Below, in pieces: positions 18,797 through 28,306 of a DNA stretch of 64,000 nucleotides. How positions within the stretch are numbered: the stretch's first letter is position 1; each line of letters starts with the position of its first letter. The DNA lies in IMG/VR virus record IMGVR_UViG_3300030419_007010, positions 32,001-96,000 of that record. One strand, 5' to 3'. The position numbers were made by a program, and so were the translations under genes. Under the pieces are notes generated by a model, which saw nothing but the letters and a program-made list of their open reading frames with translations, was not told the origin of the DNA and searched no databases. Origin of the DNA: a virus.

Positions 18797-21700
18797 TTAG
18801 AAACTAACATAAGCATATCCGTCCTTTTTCTCAATAATAAGTTGAGAATCTACACAATCTTTCAACGAGTCCAAGTGCGAAATCAATACGACTGTTTTAA
18901 ATTGTGTCTTAACCATGTCCAACATCCTGACAAAGCCTTCCATATTATCTTCGTCAAGCGCAGTACCGGGCTCGTCGAGAATAAATATATCAGACTTTGG
19001 AAGAGTCGAGACATTTAACAGCGCCAAGCGGATGGCCATTGCAGCAATAGTTTTTTCTGCTCCGGAACCCATTTCGATCGGACGTGGATCGTGGCGCGGG
19101 TGTTTAATATGAATATCCAGCTTCTTACCATCTTCTTCAAAGAAAATTTCAAACTCTACAATATTGGTAAGAATTTTAGATATTTCTTCGTTAATGATTG
19201 GAAGCTTTTTCTTAATAATATCATATGATATGCCGTTAGTATGCATGCATCTCAAGTATAAATCAATAGAAGAATATTCATTTTGAAGAGTTATATACTC
19301 TTGTTGTTGTTGCTCTAAATTTTTAACACTCTGTTCCAAAGAGCCGTGAACTTTATAAAGCTCCAAAGTCTCTTCATTGCATTTCTCATATCTATCTTTA
19401 AAATCGACATGTTTATTAAAAGTGTGCTCTTTTTGTTTAATAAGCTCTTCAAGATTTTCTATAGTTTCTTTATTGTCTTCATACTCTCGTTTTTTATCAT
19501 TAAGATCTTTTAAAGCGCTCTGAGTCTTTAAGAGTTTGGTCTTGTTCTTTTCTATCAAAAGTTTGGTGTTGTTGACAGAACGTTGAACTTCGTTTCTCTT
19601 TTCTAAAAGTTTATCATACTTTTCCAGATACTCGTTAATTTTATCTGGCTCCAATGACGAAACTTCTTGTTCCACTTCTTTCTTGAAAAAGCTTAATTCT
19701 TCGATTGAAACCTGTACTTTCCCAATTTCGTTTTTGGATTCATATGCGTCTTTGATAAATTTACAACTAGGAAAACTATCGCCACACGGCACTTCGTCGA
19801 GGAGTTCAATCTTCTCACCATGGTGGCTAAACTTCATTTCCAAGACTTTTAGCTCTTGTTCAAAGTTCTCAATTTTCTTTCTATGTTGCTGAATTAACAA
19901 AGCTTTTTCTTCATATGAAGCATAATCAAAGCTGCTAATGAACTCTTCCATTCTCACGAGAAGGTCCCTGTTGTCGCTCAATCGAGAACTGAATTCAGTG
20001 CTTTGTTCTTTGACAGTCTCAAGAAGCTCTTCTTGTTCATCAATTCTTCGATTCACAAAAGCAATATCAATAATCTCCGCAGGAATTGAATCAATCACAG
20101 AATTTAAGTCATTGATCTTGCCAGCCAGTATTTCAATATCTTTGCTTAAAAGCTCGCATTCTTTCTTTTTTCTCTCCGCAACAATTTCATTTAAGACCAA
20201 TTCTTCGTTAGCTAGTTTAATTTCTTCTTTAAAATCACGACCTTCTAGGCGTTTTAAAGCCGCGCGAATTTCAGAAGCTTCTTCTTTGGCTAACTTAAAC
20301 TTCTTTTCAAACAACTCTAAATCTAGAAATTTAGCTAGAATTTCCTTTCGCCGGGTTGAACCTTCATTAATAAATGAAAGCGAACCTAACTGGCTAGCCA
20401 TTGAAGTCATAAGGAAATCTTCGATGGTTCCAAACACCTTCTTGATATTCTTGTCGGTGTCCATTCGGCTCAAGCCGTTCAATGAATCGACTTCTCCAGT
20501 TGTGTTGTTGCGCTTAACAAAATTAACATCAGTTTTTGCTTCAAGAGTAACTTCACCTTTAAGCTTCTTTGTATATTTTTCAGAAGTTCTCTCAATCAAA
20601 TAAGTGTTATGGCCAACATCAATTTCTATTTCGCCAACACATGATTGTTTATTTTGATTAATAAAGTTAAGATTCTTTCTTACATTCTTCGAAGTTGAGT
20701 TGTATAAAGTGTAAAGAATACTATCAACAATGCTGGACTTTCCTGAATAGTTCTTGCCAAACACGCCCAGAATTCCATGAGAGTTTCCAAAGTCGATTTC
20801 ATTATCTGAACCATAATTGAAAAGATTATCCCACTTCACGCTTCGCAAACGCCAGTTTACGTTTCTTGCAACTTCTTCTTCTTGTTCAGCTAAAGTGTTA
20901 TATCTTTTGTTGAGATCAAAAATAATATCAAGAAGTTCTTCCGGAGTATCATACTCTTCAAGATATCCAGAAATAAGCTTTTCTTGGGTTTTCAGATTTC
21001 TTAAATCTTCTTGGACCAAGTTTTTTGCTAATTCAGATACATTGGCGTTGTCTTCTGCTCTGTTAAGGTAGGTGATAGCTTCTGGCTTAAAACGGTGTTT
21101 AGCTACGTCTATTGCCTTCCTCACGGCATCCAAGGATAAATTACTAGTGGATACCAGCCTTAACCTCGCGCCTTCCGGCAAGGAGGTGTTTTTGGGCATC
21201 CTGCCCTTCTTGGTTAGCTCGATAGTAATAAAGGGCTTTGGATTAGAAATTGGGATATGCTTGACAGTAAACTCTTCTTTGTCTTTGATATCCCAAACCA
21301 AGAAGCCTTTATCGTTTGTCTCGCCGTGATTCTGCTGAATAGTAGAACCTGGATATCTGACTCGACCTTCGGGATCTAATGCCTGATTTGTCTTGTGGAT
21401 ATCACCAAGGAAGGCAAAATCGAAATCCTTAAAGATTGTAATGTTGTCATCAGTGTGTTCTAGTGTCCAACCAATGTCGGTTTTTGAACTAGAGACAGAC
21501 CCGTGATACAAAGCGATATTCACGGCATCTTTATTTGATGGTTTAACCCAATTCTCTCTATCAAAGACGGAAAGCACGTTAAAATAGAAGCCGTCTTTAA
21601 GCTTCATCTCTTGCGAATCTTTTAGGAGATATAGATCGGGGTGATCAAGCGAACGAACAATTGGTGTCAAAGCATCGAGACGGCCACTGTTTTTCAAGTT

Positions 21701-21946
21701 CCCGTCGTGATTACCAAGAATTACAACTGTTGGTGCTATATCAGCTAATGAAGACAGAAACCAGCTGACCATACTGATCATCTCTGGACTCATGTCGGTT
21801 TTTGTGTGAACTAGGTCACCACATATAACGATGTTATCTACTTCTTCTTTTCTTAAAACATCATAAAGCTGTTTGAAAACTGCTCTATATTCAGTATGAT
21901 ATTTTAATTTCCGAATGTGAACATCTGCCAGATGGGCAATGCGCAT
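18797..21946 (-). CDS. Fused Mre11/SbcD nuclease and Rad50/SbcC ATPase (T4 gp47-gp46-like) (1049 aa)
   Basis: Phosphoesterase motifs DVH, GDLVH, GNHD, YHG, GDIH. Walker A GKNYSGKS, long coiled coil, signature GSGAE, Walker B ILDEP, ISH. Confidence 0.92.
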   Translation of the reverse strand: MRIAHLADVHIRKLKYHTEYRAVFKQLYDVLRKEEVDNIVICGDLVHTKTDMSPEMISMVSWFLSSLADIAPTVVILGNHDGNLKNSGRLDALTPIVRSLDHPDLYLLKDSQEMKLKDGFYFNVLSVFDRENWVKPSNKDAVNIALYHGSVSSSKTDIGWTLEHTDDNITIFKDFDFAFLGDIHKTNQALDPEGRVRYPGSTIQQNHGETNDKGFLVWDIKDKEEFTVKHIPISNPKPFITIELTKKGRMPKNTSLPEGARLRLVSTSNLSLDAVRKAIDVAKHRFKPEAITYLNRAEDNANVSELAKNLVQEDLRNLKTQEKLISGYLEEYDTPEELLDIIFDLNKRYNTLAEQEEEVARNVNWRLRSVKWDNLFNYGSDNEIDFGNSHGILGVFGKNYSGKSSIVDSILYTLYNSTSKNVRKNLNFINQNKQSCVGEIEIDVGHNTYLIERTSEKYTKKLKGEVTLEAKTDVNFVKRNNTTGEVDSLNGLSRMDTDKNIKKVFGTIEDFLMTSMASQLGSLSFINEGSTRRKEILAKFLDLELFEKKFKLAKEEASEIRAALKRLEGRDFKEEIKLANEELVLNEIVAERKKKECELLSKDIEILAGKINDLNSVIDSIPAEIIDIAFVNRRIDEQEELLETVKEQSTEFSSRLSDNRDLLVRMEEFISSFDYASYEEKALLIQQHRKKIENFEQELKVLEMKFSHHGEKIELLDEVPCGDSFPSCKFIKDAYESKNEIGKVQVSIEELSFFKKEVEQEVSSLEPDKINEYLEKYDKLLEKRNEVQRSVNNTKLLIEKNKTKLLKTQSALKDLNDKKREYEDNKETIENLEELIKQKEHTFNKHVDFKDRYEKCNEETLELYKVHGSLEQSVKNLEQQQQEYITLQNEYSSIDLYLRCMHTNGISYDIIKKKLPIINEEISKILTNIVEFEIFFEEDGKKLDIHIKHPRHDPRPIEMGSGAEKTIAAMAIRLALLNVSTLPKSDIFILDEPGTALDEDNMEGFVRMLDMVKTQFKTVVLISHLDSLKDCVDSQLIIEKKDGYAYVSF

Positions 21947-21986
21947 ACTCTTATCCTATATATCTGCTCATTATGAGCCACAATAC

Positions 21987-22015
21987 ATTCTAGCAAATCA
22001 TAAGGGACAAGTCAA
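21987..22015 (-). promoter_or_regulatory. Sigma70-type promoter for the Mre11-Rad50 gene
   Basis: TTGACT (22015-22010), 17-nt spacer, TAGAAT (21992-21987), with an extended -10 TGn. Confidence 0.75.
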
Positions 22016-22022
22016 GCTTTTT

Positions 22023-22424
22023 TTAATAACTTGTTGGTCCCGAATTTCTAGTCAATATTGGCTTAGATTCCTCTTTCTCTTGTGCCCAACTTGGAGTTGG
22101 AAAGTTTGGCACGGCTTCTTTACTTTTATCTAGTTTGTTTCCGTAGCCTTGTTCTTCGAGCGCAACTAATGCATCTCGAAGGTTTTGTGCTGCGTCAACA
22201 ACTTGTTCTGGTAATATGTCTAGTGGAAGCTCTTCTAAAATTCTAGAAGCTACTTTAACGTTATTATATACTGCGTCTGGATCTTCTTCTGAAGTGTCCA
22301 TAAGATCTGACGGGCCTAGGCCTTGGGGTTCTGGTGTGACGCCGGTGGCAATAGAGAACGGGCCGATAGTCTCTTTCAGTTCTTCTTTAATGATTTGTTT
22401 TAATCTTGTTTTAGTTATCTTCAT
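22023..22424 (-). CDS. Leader-family protein (MKITKTRLKQIIKEE...)
   Basis: Likely start is the ATG at 22424 with GAGGAAGAG upstream, not 22499 as in the ORF track. Confidence 0.65.
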   Translation of the reverse strand: MKITKTRLKQIIKEELKETIGPFSIATGVTPEPQGLGPSDLMDTSEEDPDAVYNNVKVASRILEELPLDILPEQVVDAAQNLRDALVALEEQGYGNKLDKSKEAVPNFPTPSWAQEKEESKPILTRNSGPTSY

Positions 22425-22737
22425 TGATCTCTTCCTCAAGCGGCGCGTGAGCCGGCGTGGATCCGCGGGGGCGTTCGGCGCCGGCGAGAGGTTCTCCAAT
22501 CGATTCTGAGTCTATAAAATAAGAAAGTGTCTCTAGCATATCCCGCACAATTTTCTGAACCTCTTTTTCTGGCATATGAGGATGATTTTGGCGAAGCTTC
22601 ACGGTCAGCGCAGTACCGAGTTCGTGTCTAGTGGCTTCTGTCAAAACTAATTCAGTTTCTTTTTTAGAAGCAGAAGCTTCTACTAGATCTAGTTCTTCTT
22701 TAATAATTTCTTTTAGTCTTGATTTTGTTATTTTCAT
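22411..22737 (-). CDS. Leader-family protein (MKITKSRLKEIIKEE...)
   Basis: Shared N-terminal leader; TAATG coupling. Confidence 0.7.
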   Translation of the reverse strand: MKITKSRLKEIIKEELDLVEASASKKETELVLTEATRHELGTALTVKLRQNHPHMPEKEVQKIVRDMLETLSYFIDSESIGEPLAGAERPRGSTPAHAPLEEEINEDN

Positions 22738-23066
22738 TATCTGGGAGCCCTATATGTATCTTCACCAGTGCGGGCGAACTCAGCATCACTCTTGGCGAAG
22801 GAACTAAGCCCATGTTTTCGTTTAAACTCTATAGCAATTTCATCAACCATCGTCTTAAGTCTTCCACCAGTAATAGATTTTCGAATTGTTTCTAAAGCCT
22901 CTTCTGCTGAAAGTTTTACTTGATATAACTCGTCGCGACAGGCTTCTACTGATGCTTGTGCGCGCTTCTTGCCAAATAAATCAATCTCGTTGATTTTCTT
23001 TTCAGCCAATACATTAGCTACTTCTTCTTTAATGATCTGTTCTAGTTGTGATTTTGTTATGTTCAT
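22737..23066 (-). CDS. Leader-family protein (MNITKSQLEQIIKEE...)
   Basis: Shared N-terminal leader. Confidence 0.7.
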   Translation of the reverse strand: MNITKSQLEQIIKEEVANVLAEKKINEIDLFGKKRAQASVEACRDELYQVKLSAEEALETIRKSITGGRLKTMVDEIAIEFKRKHGLSSFAKSDAEFARTGEDTYRAPR

Positions 23067-23413
23067 GATATTATTTGCTTAACTTATCCGTTATTATATC
23101 TACTAGATCTGCCCATTCAGCCGCCGGCGAGGACTTGCTCGGGAGAAGGATCTTCGCGCCTAGGGTATAAAGCAGGTTTTGTGCAAACTCTTGAGTTAAA
23201 TATTCCGGGAGTCCACCGCCCAAACTTGCGCCATCGCCGGTCGCGATGGAATAATAATCATTAAGAACTTCAGGATTTATTTTAGCTTTTTGCAAAATTT
23301 CTTCCGGGGAGGGCGGAGAACCAGGGGCCTCTCTTAAAATATTCTCTATTACTTCTTCTTTAATGATCTGTTCTAGTTGTGATTTTGTTATGTTCATGAT
23401 ATTATTTGCTTAA
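23019..23413. repeat. 64-bp exact direct repeats flanking one leader-family gene
   Basis: tacttcttctttaatgatctgttctagttgtgattttgttatgttcatgatattatttgcttaa at 23019-23082 and 23350-23413. Confidence 0.92.
23071..23397 (-). CDS. Leader-family protein (MNITKSQLEQIIKEE...)
   Basis: First 16 codons are identical to those of the downstream gene. Confidence 0.7.
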   Translation of the reverse strand: MNITKSQLEQIIKEEVIENILREAPGSPPSPEEILQKAKINPEVLNDYYSIATGDGASLGGGLPEYLTQEFAQNLLYTLGAKILLPSKSSPAAEWADLVDIITDKLSK

Positions 23414-24351
23414 GTAGAAAGCACACTCCTTAATAAATAGTTAGAACTATTCATAAGTATAGCATTTTTTTTGCGCTCTTCAAACTCGCTTTTGCTCATC
23501 TCGCCAACATCTGAAAATGGGAAGATATTTATCTTATAAACTTCAATCCCGTATTCCATCAAATTGTTGATCAATCTCAACGCTTTTTTCTCAACATCAG
23601 GATCCAAAGCGATATATATTGTTGTCTCGTTTGCTGCAAGTTCTTGAAATAATTTAGAGTTTTCTTTTAACGTCGAACCCAAAATAGGAATTGCGCTCGG
23701 TCCAGCAACAATGGCATCATAAACGCCTTCAACCAAAGTGACGCTTTCTTTCCAATTAACATATAGATGATTAAATATTATATCCTTCTCAACCGGCGGG
23801 TTCTTATACTTCATCCAATCGTCAACATATGTTCGAGAAACAAAGTAATTGCAATATCCTGTTAAACCAAAAGAAGGAACGATTATTCTATTTGCGTATT
23901 CTCCTTCTGAACAATATCCTATTTTCCATCGGACAATATCCTTTTCTGTTATGCCACGAGACTTAAGATATTTTCTTGCGGCCAGCGAGCCAATAGAGTT
24001 GTTTCCGTTGGCTAATGATATAAATTCTTTTGGCAAGCCAACTTGTTCTTCTAATGTTTTTGTTTCTTCTGTTCCGAAGATCGATTCTTCAAAATCGTTA
24101 ACATCAACAGAGCCATCCAATTCTTTCCAAGATTCAATCTGTTTGAAGTTGCCGAAGCGCCGGATGAGTCTTGAGATGTTTCTTCCACTATAATCACAGA
24201 TCCAACATTTGAAAGCATTCTTATCAACATTAACTGATAGCTTGTTTTTATGGTGCGTGCATTCTGGACAGCGAAAAAGAAACTCTTCGCCAGTTCTATA
24301 AAACCGGCCGAGGATATCAACTAGGATTCTTCTTTTTTCTGCTTCTGCCAA
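23410..24351 (-). CDS. DNA primase, DnaG/T4 gp61-like
   Basis: Zinc ribbon CPEC...CWIC, YLKSRGI, RIIVP, KYKNP, and TOPRIM EGVYD...LDPD. Confidence 0.9.
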   Translation of the reverse strand: MAEAEKRRILVDILGRFYRTGEEFLFRCPECTHHKNKLSVNVDKNAFKCWICDYSGRNISRLIRRFGNFKQIESWKELDGSVDVNDFEESIFGTEETKTLEEQVGLPKEFISLANGNNSIGSLAARKYLKSRGITEKDIVRWKIGYCSEGEYANRIIVPSFGLTGYCNYFVSRTYVDDWMKYKNPPVEKDIIFNHLYVNWKESVTLVEGVYDAIVAGPSAIPILGSTLKENSKLFQELAANETTIYIALDPDVEKKALRLINNLMEYGIEVYKINIFPFSDVGEMSKSEFEERKKNAILMNSSNYLLRSVLST

Positions 24352-24848
24352 AGACTGTAACCTGCGCGAGCGATGACGATTGCGTCCGCTCTGTCGTATG
24401 TACCGGGTTTTGGATTACCCTGCTTTGTATATACAATATCAAAATCAGATTCGTTTGTCAATACATATTCCAAAACAACTTGTTTAGCTTTCGTTCCGCG
24501 TGGTATTTTAATTCCACACATCTTTCTTGCTGACGTAGCTGCCAAATAATCTGGCTCCATTGCAAAATGTCTATAGCAAATCCACGAGACAACACCGTTG
24601 AATCTAGAGAGAGTTGATAAAGTTTTTGCCGACGAGAATCCAGATCGGAACGATTGCAACGATTGCTCAATAAAGATCCTATCTGGCTTTATGGGAAAGC
24701 TTTCTATCTTTTCTCGAATAACCTGCGCTTTGGTAAAAAAGTTTTTATATTTGCGCAGATCCCAAACGTCGCTATGAACCAACTCTCCATTATCGTCCAC
24801 AACGGCAACACCAGTTATGCTGGTACTGACGTCTAATCCTAAAATCAT
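24321..24848 (-). CDS. RuvC-like Holliday junction resolvase
   Basis: ILGLDVSTSITGVA, IFIE and DRADA acidic catalytic pattern. Confidence 0.8.
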   Translation of the reverse strand: MILGLDVSTSITGVAVVDDNGELVHSDVWDLRKYKNFFTKAQVIREKIESFPIKPDRIFIEQSLQSFRSGFSSAKTLSTLSRFNGVVSWICYRHFAMEPDYLAATSARKMCGIKIPRGTKAKQVVLEYVLTNESDFDIVYTKQGNPKPGTYDRADAIVIARAGYSLWQKQKKEES

Positions 24849-26018
24849 TTAAAAGTCCAATTTTAATTTGAACGTATAATCCTTATCTTCTGTCTTTTTG
24901 ACTGGATTGGCAAGTTTTGCAACTGCAATTAAATTCTTATCTTTATCATAAATGCCAATTTTAGAAATATACGTCTGCTTTTCAAAGCTAGCAGTATATT
25001 CATTATACGGGCTTTTGATAATATTTTTAATAACTAAATTAGGATTTTCTTTATAATGTTTTCCAACTGTGCCTGTTTGTATGTTTTGAATCTGCCCTTT
25101 GCTAATAAAAGTCGAATTGTTGGAATTATTCAATGCAGCTTTTGGAGCATGCGCCATCATTGTTATAGTTGGAATATAATTTGTCCCTTCAAATTCTAAA
25201 TTAAAGCTCGAAGAAACAATCCTATCATAAGAATCTCCTTGAGAATTAAAGTGAATCCATTTTGGATTAGAATTTGAACCGCCGGCAATATATTTTTCTT
25301 GATGGCTCTTATCAATTCCAATAGCGTTTGTTCCTGTTAGAATTAAAAACCCTTCATTATATAATACAACGCCAGCTACAGAGCCTGAACCGATACTATC
25401 GATTGGGCCGGATTGTACTAAAGCACCGTCTCTATTTTCGTCTGTTGCTTCTGCAATCAAAGTTCCAGTAACATAAAAACTTAATTTAACTGTGCCTTTC
25501 TTTATTGAAGAGCCGTAGAAAATAGAAGGAATACTGATTAAAGTTAATTCATCTTGAGCAAGATCGTGATAAAGGCTAGCTGAATATTGATAATGAGGAT
25601 TTAGCCGAGAATAATAGTCTAAAGTAGTCCTTAAAGATTGAATCCGAGGGCGGGCATAAGTAGTAGCATAATAATCTCTAGAAATAGTGGCAGTCATCGG
25701 ATAACTTCCACTTATAACATCACCAAAATTAAAGTCAGTATTAAAATTCGAAGTCGTTATAGTTTTAAAACTAGTTGAGCTGCCTTGTTTTGTTACAAAC
25801 GGATAAACTAAATTATCATCTGGCCGATCAACACCGGGGCCTCTATTTACATTTATTTCGTAAAGATTTATATGACCGTTAGGAATATTTGGATTAGAAG
25901 AAGTTTGGCTAGTATTGTTGTAATATACCGATCCGCTCCAAGTTAATAACTCAACTTTAGGATGGGTTTGGATTCTATTACGAAATATGTCATTTTTACC
26001 AAACTTATAATAAGGCAT
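24849..26018 (-). CDS. Virion structural protein, baseplate/collar-like (389 aa)
   Basis: C-terminus ISKIGIYDKDKNLIAVAKLANPVKK...FKLKLDF. Paralogous to the neighbouring gene. Confidence 0.6.
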   Translation of the reverse strand: MPYYKFGKNDIFRNRIQTHPKVELLTWSGSVYYNNTSQTSSNPNIPNGHINLYEINVNRGPGVDRPDDNLVYPFVTKQGSSTSFKTITTSNFNTDFNFGDVISGSYPMTATISRDYYATTYARPRIQSLRTTLDYYSRLNPHYQYSASLYHDLAQDELTLISIPSIFYGSSIKKGTVKLSFYVTGTLIAEATDENRDGALVQSGPIDSIGSGSVAGVVLYNEGFLILTGTNAIGIDKSHQEKYIAGGSNSNPKWIHFNSQGDSYDRIVSSSFNLEFEGTNYIPTITMMAHAPKAALNNSNNSTFISKGQIQNIQTGTVGKHYKENPNLVIKNIIKSPYNEYTASFEKQTYISKIGIYDKDKNLIAVAKLANPVKKTEDKDYTFKLKLDF

Positions 26019-26039
26019 AACTAATTGTTCCTATAACAT

Positions 26040-26047
26040 TAATTAGT
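26040..26047 (-). promoter_or_regulatory. Candidate late-promoter motif ACTAATTA
   Basis: Recurring nCTA[A/T/C]TTA motif just upstream of gene starts; intergenic here. Confidence 0.5.
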
Positions 26048-26054
26048 GTTAAGC

Positions 26055-27233
26055 CTAATAATCTAATCTAACTCTTAAAGTAAACTCCGTAGTTGGATCT
26101 TTCTTAAGTGGTTCTGAAAGTTTCGCAACAGCCAACAACTCGTTATCTGCAGAATACAAGCCAACTGTTGTGATATAAGAAACCGGCATATCTGCGGAAA
26201 CATTTTTAGTTACGAGCTTGCTATTAGAAACATATGTTGGGTTAGCACTGTAATTAAACTCGTTATGATTTGCTCTCGCATAATAAATGGTTGAGTTAAG
26301 TTCAACAGTATTATTAAAACTAACGTTACTTACTCTGTTCCTAAATCCATTACATAGAGTTTGGATTGTTGAGCCGGTGGAGTGTCGCCAGATTGGCGTG
26401 TTTGTGGTACCAAAAAAGGATGCCATTGTGCCGTGAGGCAGAGAACCAGAATCAGCAGTTGAACCGGTAGTATTATGGCTACCAGGAGAACGTCCCGCAT
26501 TATTAGCAAAAATAGATGACGTAATTACAGCGATACCTGCTTGATAATAAATTAGTCCCAGGCCAGAACCAGGAACAATATTAGCAGATGACGAATAAAG
26601 AATACCATATTCTCCTGCTGGGGAGTTTACGAAATAATTATTTGTTGCATCATAATCACCAAGAGTGAATAGGGCGTCTCGTCGTGAGCCAAAAGAAGCC
26701 GATAAGCCCGTACTGTAGTCCAGAGGAACATTGTCCCAAGAGCCGCCTGTAACGAATGATAGTGCCATGGAACCTTTCTTAACTTCGTCCTTGGTTAGAA
26801 GCCTAGCAAAAGAAACAAAGAAACATTCGTCAAGTGTCTCCCCGCCGCCAGCAATATTGCCATCGCGATCGAAGTCTCTAATTGTGCCATCTTGTTTATA
26901 TCCAGCTAGTGTTTGTGCCATCTGTGCGTAAATTCTTGATTTCTTATCCAACTGAGTCGACTCGGCGCCGGCGGAGGCCAGCGAAGACGTTATTGTTGGC
27001 GAAATGCCATAAGTAATATCAAAGATGTGATTTGCGGAAGAACTTAAATAAGGATAGTCATAAACTGACTGAAACATTCCGTGTGAAAAATTCTTAATAT
27101 TTTCTTCTGTTCCACCTTCACCTCGTTGGTAAGTGCCTGAAACGATTGTTCCTGTAATGGGGATTGCTTCATGTAATAACGTTCTAGTTGAAGTTACGTC
27201 GTTATTTGTTAAAGACTTAAAGGATGTTGCCAT
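26055..27233 (-). CDS. Virion structural protein, baseplate/collar-like (392 aa)
   Basis: C-terminus ITTVGLYSADNELLAVAKLSEPLKK...LRVRLDY. Shares the KKG and GxxxYxxG segments with 24849-26018. Confidence 0.6.
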   Translation of the reverse strand: MATSFKSLTNNDVTSTRTLLHEAIPITGTIVSGTYQRGEGGTEENIKNFSHGMFQSVYDYPYLSSSANHIFDITYGISPTITSSLASAGAESTQLDKKSRIYAQMAQTLAGYKQDGTIRDFDRDGNIAGGGETLDECFFVSFARLLTKDEVKKGSMALSFVTGGSWDNVPLDYSTGLSASFGSRRDALFTLGDYDATNNYFVNSPAGEYGILYSSSANIVPGSGLGLIYYQAGIAVITSSIFANNAGRSPGSHNTTGSTADSGSLPHGTMASFFGTTNTPIWRHSTGSTIQTLCNGFRNRVSNVSFNNTVELNSTIYYARANHNEFNYSANPTYVSNSKLVTKNVSADMPVSYITTVGLYSADNELLAVAKLSEPLKKDPTTEFTLRVRLDY

Positions 27234-27258
27234 TTTTTATACCTTCTAAAATATTTTA

Positions 27259-28284
27259 TTATACTTTTCTAAGAAATCTAATCGGAATGTCAATTCTGTA
27301 TCCAGTTGTTACTCCGGTTACTCTTACAATTGTATCGATGTATTTAAATGTAGCTGCGGTGAGCGTGGTACCATCAGTGGTACCTAGGTTCATTCTTCCA
27401 GAGGAGCCATCTGCGGTTTCTTGTCCACCATACCTATCAAACAAGTAAGTGCTCTGTTGCAACTCTAATGATGGCTTAACGCTGAAACGTAATATGCTTC
27501 CTCTTGGGCCGGCAATAACTTGATTAGCTGCGTCAGATTGGGTGTTGGTGTTATTTGTTACCATTGAGGCATCCGCGTCAGAAACATAATAGCTAGCTAT
27601 TTCGTCGTCATCTTTGAATGCATATGCGATTGGAGATTCGGGGGTGGGCCCGGGCGGGGTAATAGAGCCAAATCGGTTATCGATCTCAATTAAATACTGC
27701 GTTTCATATAAGTCTTGATCAATCTGCAAGGACGGCGATATTTCATTCGTATCCAGACCTTGGTCAATACGAATTCCATTTGTTTGAGCATTATAATCTG
27801 CAACGGCTGCATCGTTAGGATTCCCAGCAATAACACCCTGGGCGGCTTCGCTAGCGCCGGCGGAGGATACGCATGCGTTAATCGTCTCATCTGTACATGC
27901 AATTGCGGTTAGTAATTTTTGGTTCCCTTCACCTTCAAGAGTGCCAAGCGGGGAAGCTAGCATACTCATGTTTTGAGCGACTCCATTCCTCTTAAGTCTG
28001 GGCAGGTAAAGTAAATTCGTTCTAGAAATCGAAATTAATTTTGATTTCATCGTAGAAGTATTGTTTGTAAAAGACTCTAAAATAGGCGTTTGTAGAACCT
28101 TTAAATCATAATATGCAGAACCGCTAGCATGATTCTTATCATAATTTCCATAATTTATTTCTTCGTCGCCTAAAGCAAATTTTGCAATTTTAAAGCTTCC
28201 GTCTCCTCTAGCTAATCTAAATCTTCCTGTATCTGTCAATACTGCGTCAAGAATTATGTCGCCAGAATTATCTAAAAAACCCAT
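27259..28284 (-). CDS. Virion structural protein (341 aa)
   Basis: N-terminus ILDAVLTDTGRFRLARG...KFALGDEEINY. GAGGAG SD. Confidence 0.6.
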   Translation of the reverse strand: MGFLDNSGDIILDAVLTDTGRFRLARGDGSFKIAKFALGDEEINYGNYDKNHASGSAYYDLKVLQTPILESFTNNTSTMKSKLISISRTNLLYLPRLKRNGVAQNMSMLASPLGTLEGEGNQKLLTAIACTDETINACVSSAGASEAAQGVIAGNPNDAAVADYNAQTNGIRIDQGLDTNEISPSLQIDQDLYETQYLIEIDNRFGSITPPGPTPESPIAYAFKDDDEIASYYVSDADASMVTNNTNTQSDAANQVIAGPRGSILRFSVKPSLELQQSTYLFDRYGGQETADGSSGRMNLGTTDGTTLTAATFKYIDTIVRVTGVTTGYRIDIPIRFLRKV

Positions 28285-28306
28285 ATCACGGTCTCCTCGC
28301 TCTTAA

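Noticed and set aside
22425-22499. N-terminal extension MENLSPAP... of the 158-aa ORF
   Set aside because: It overlaps the upstream gene. The leader Met at 22424 has an SD-like sequence and matches the family start.
23019-23413. Direct repeats as a transposon target-site duplication
   Set aside because: 64 bp is far longer than a typical duplication, and there is no transposase or terminal inverted repeat.
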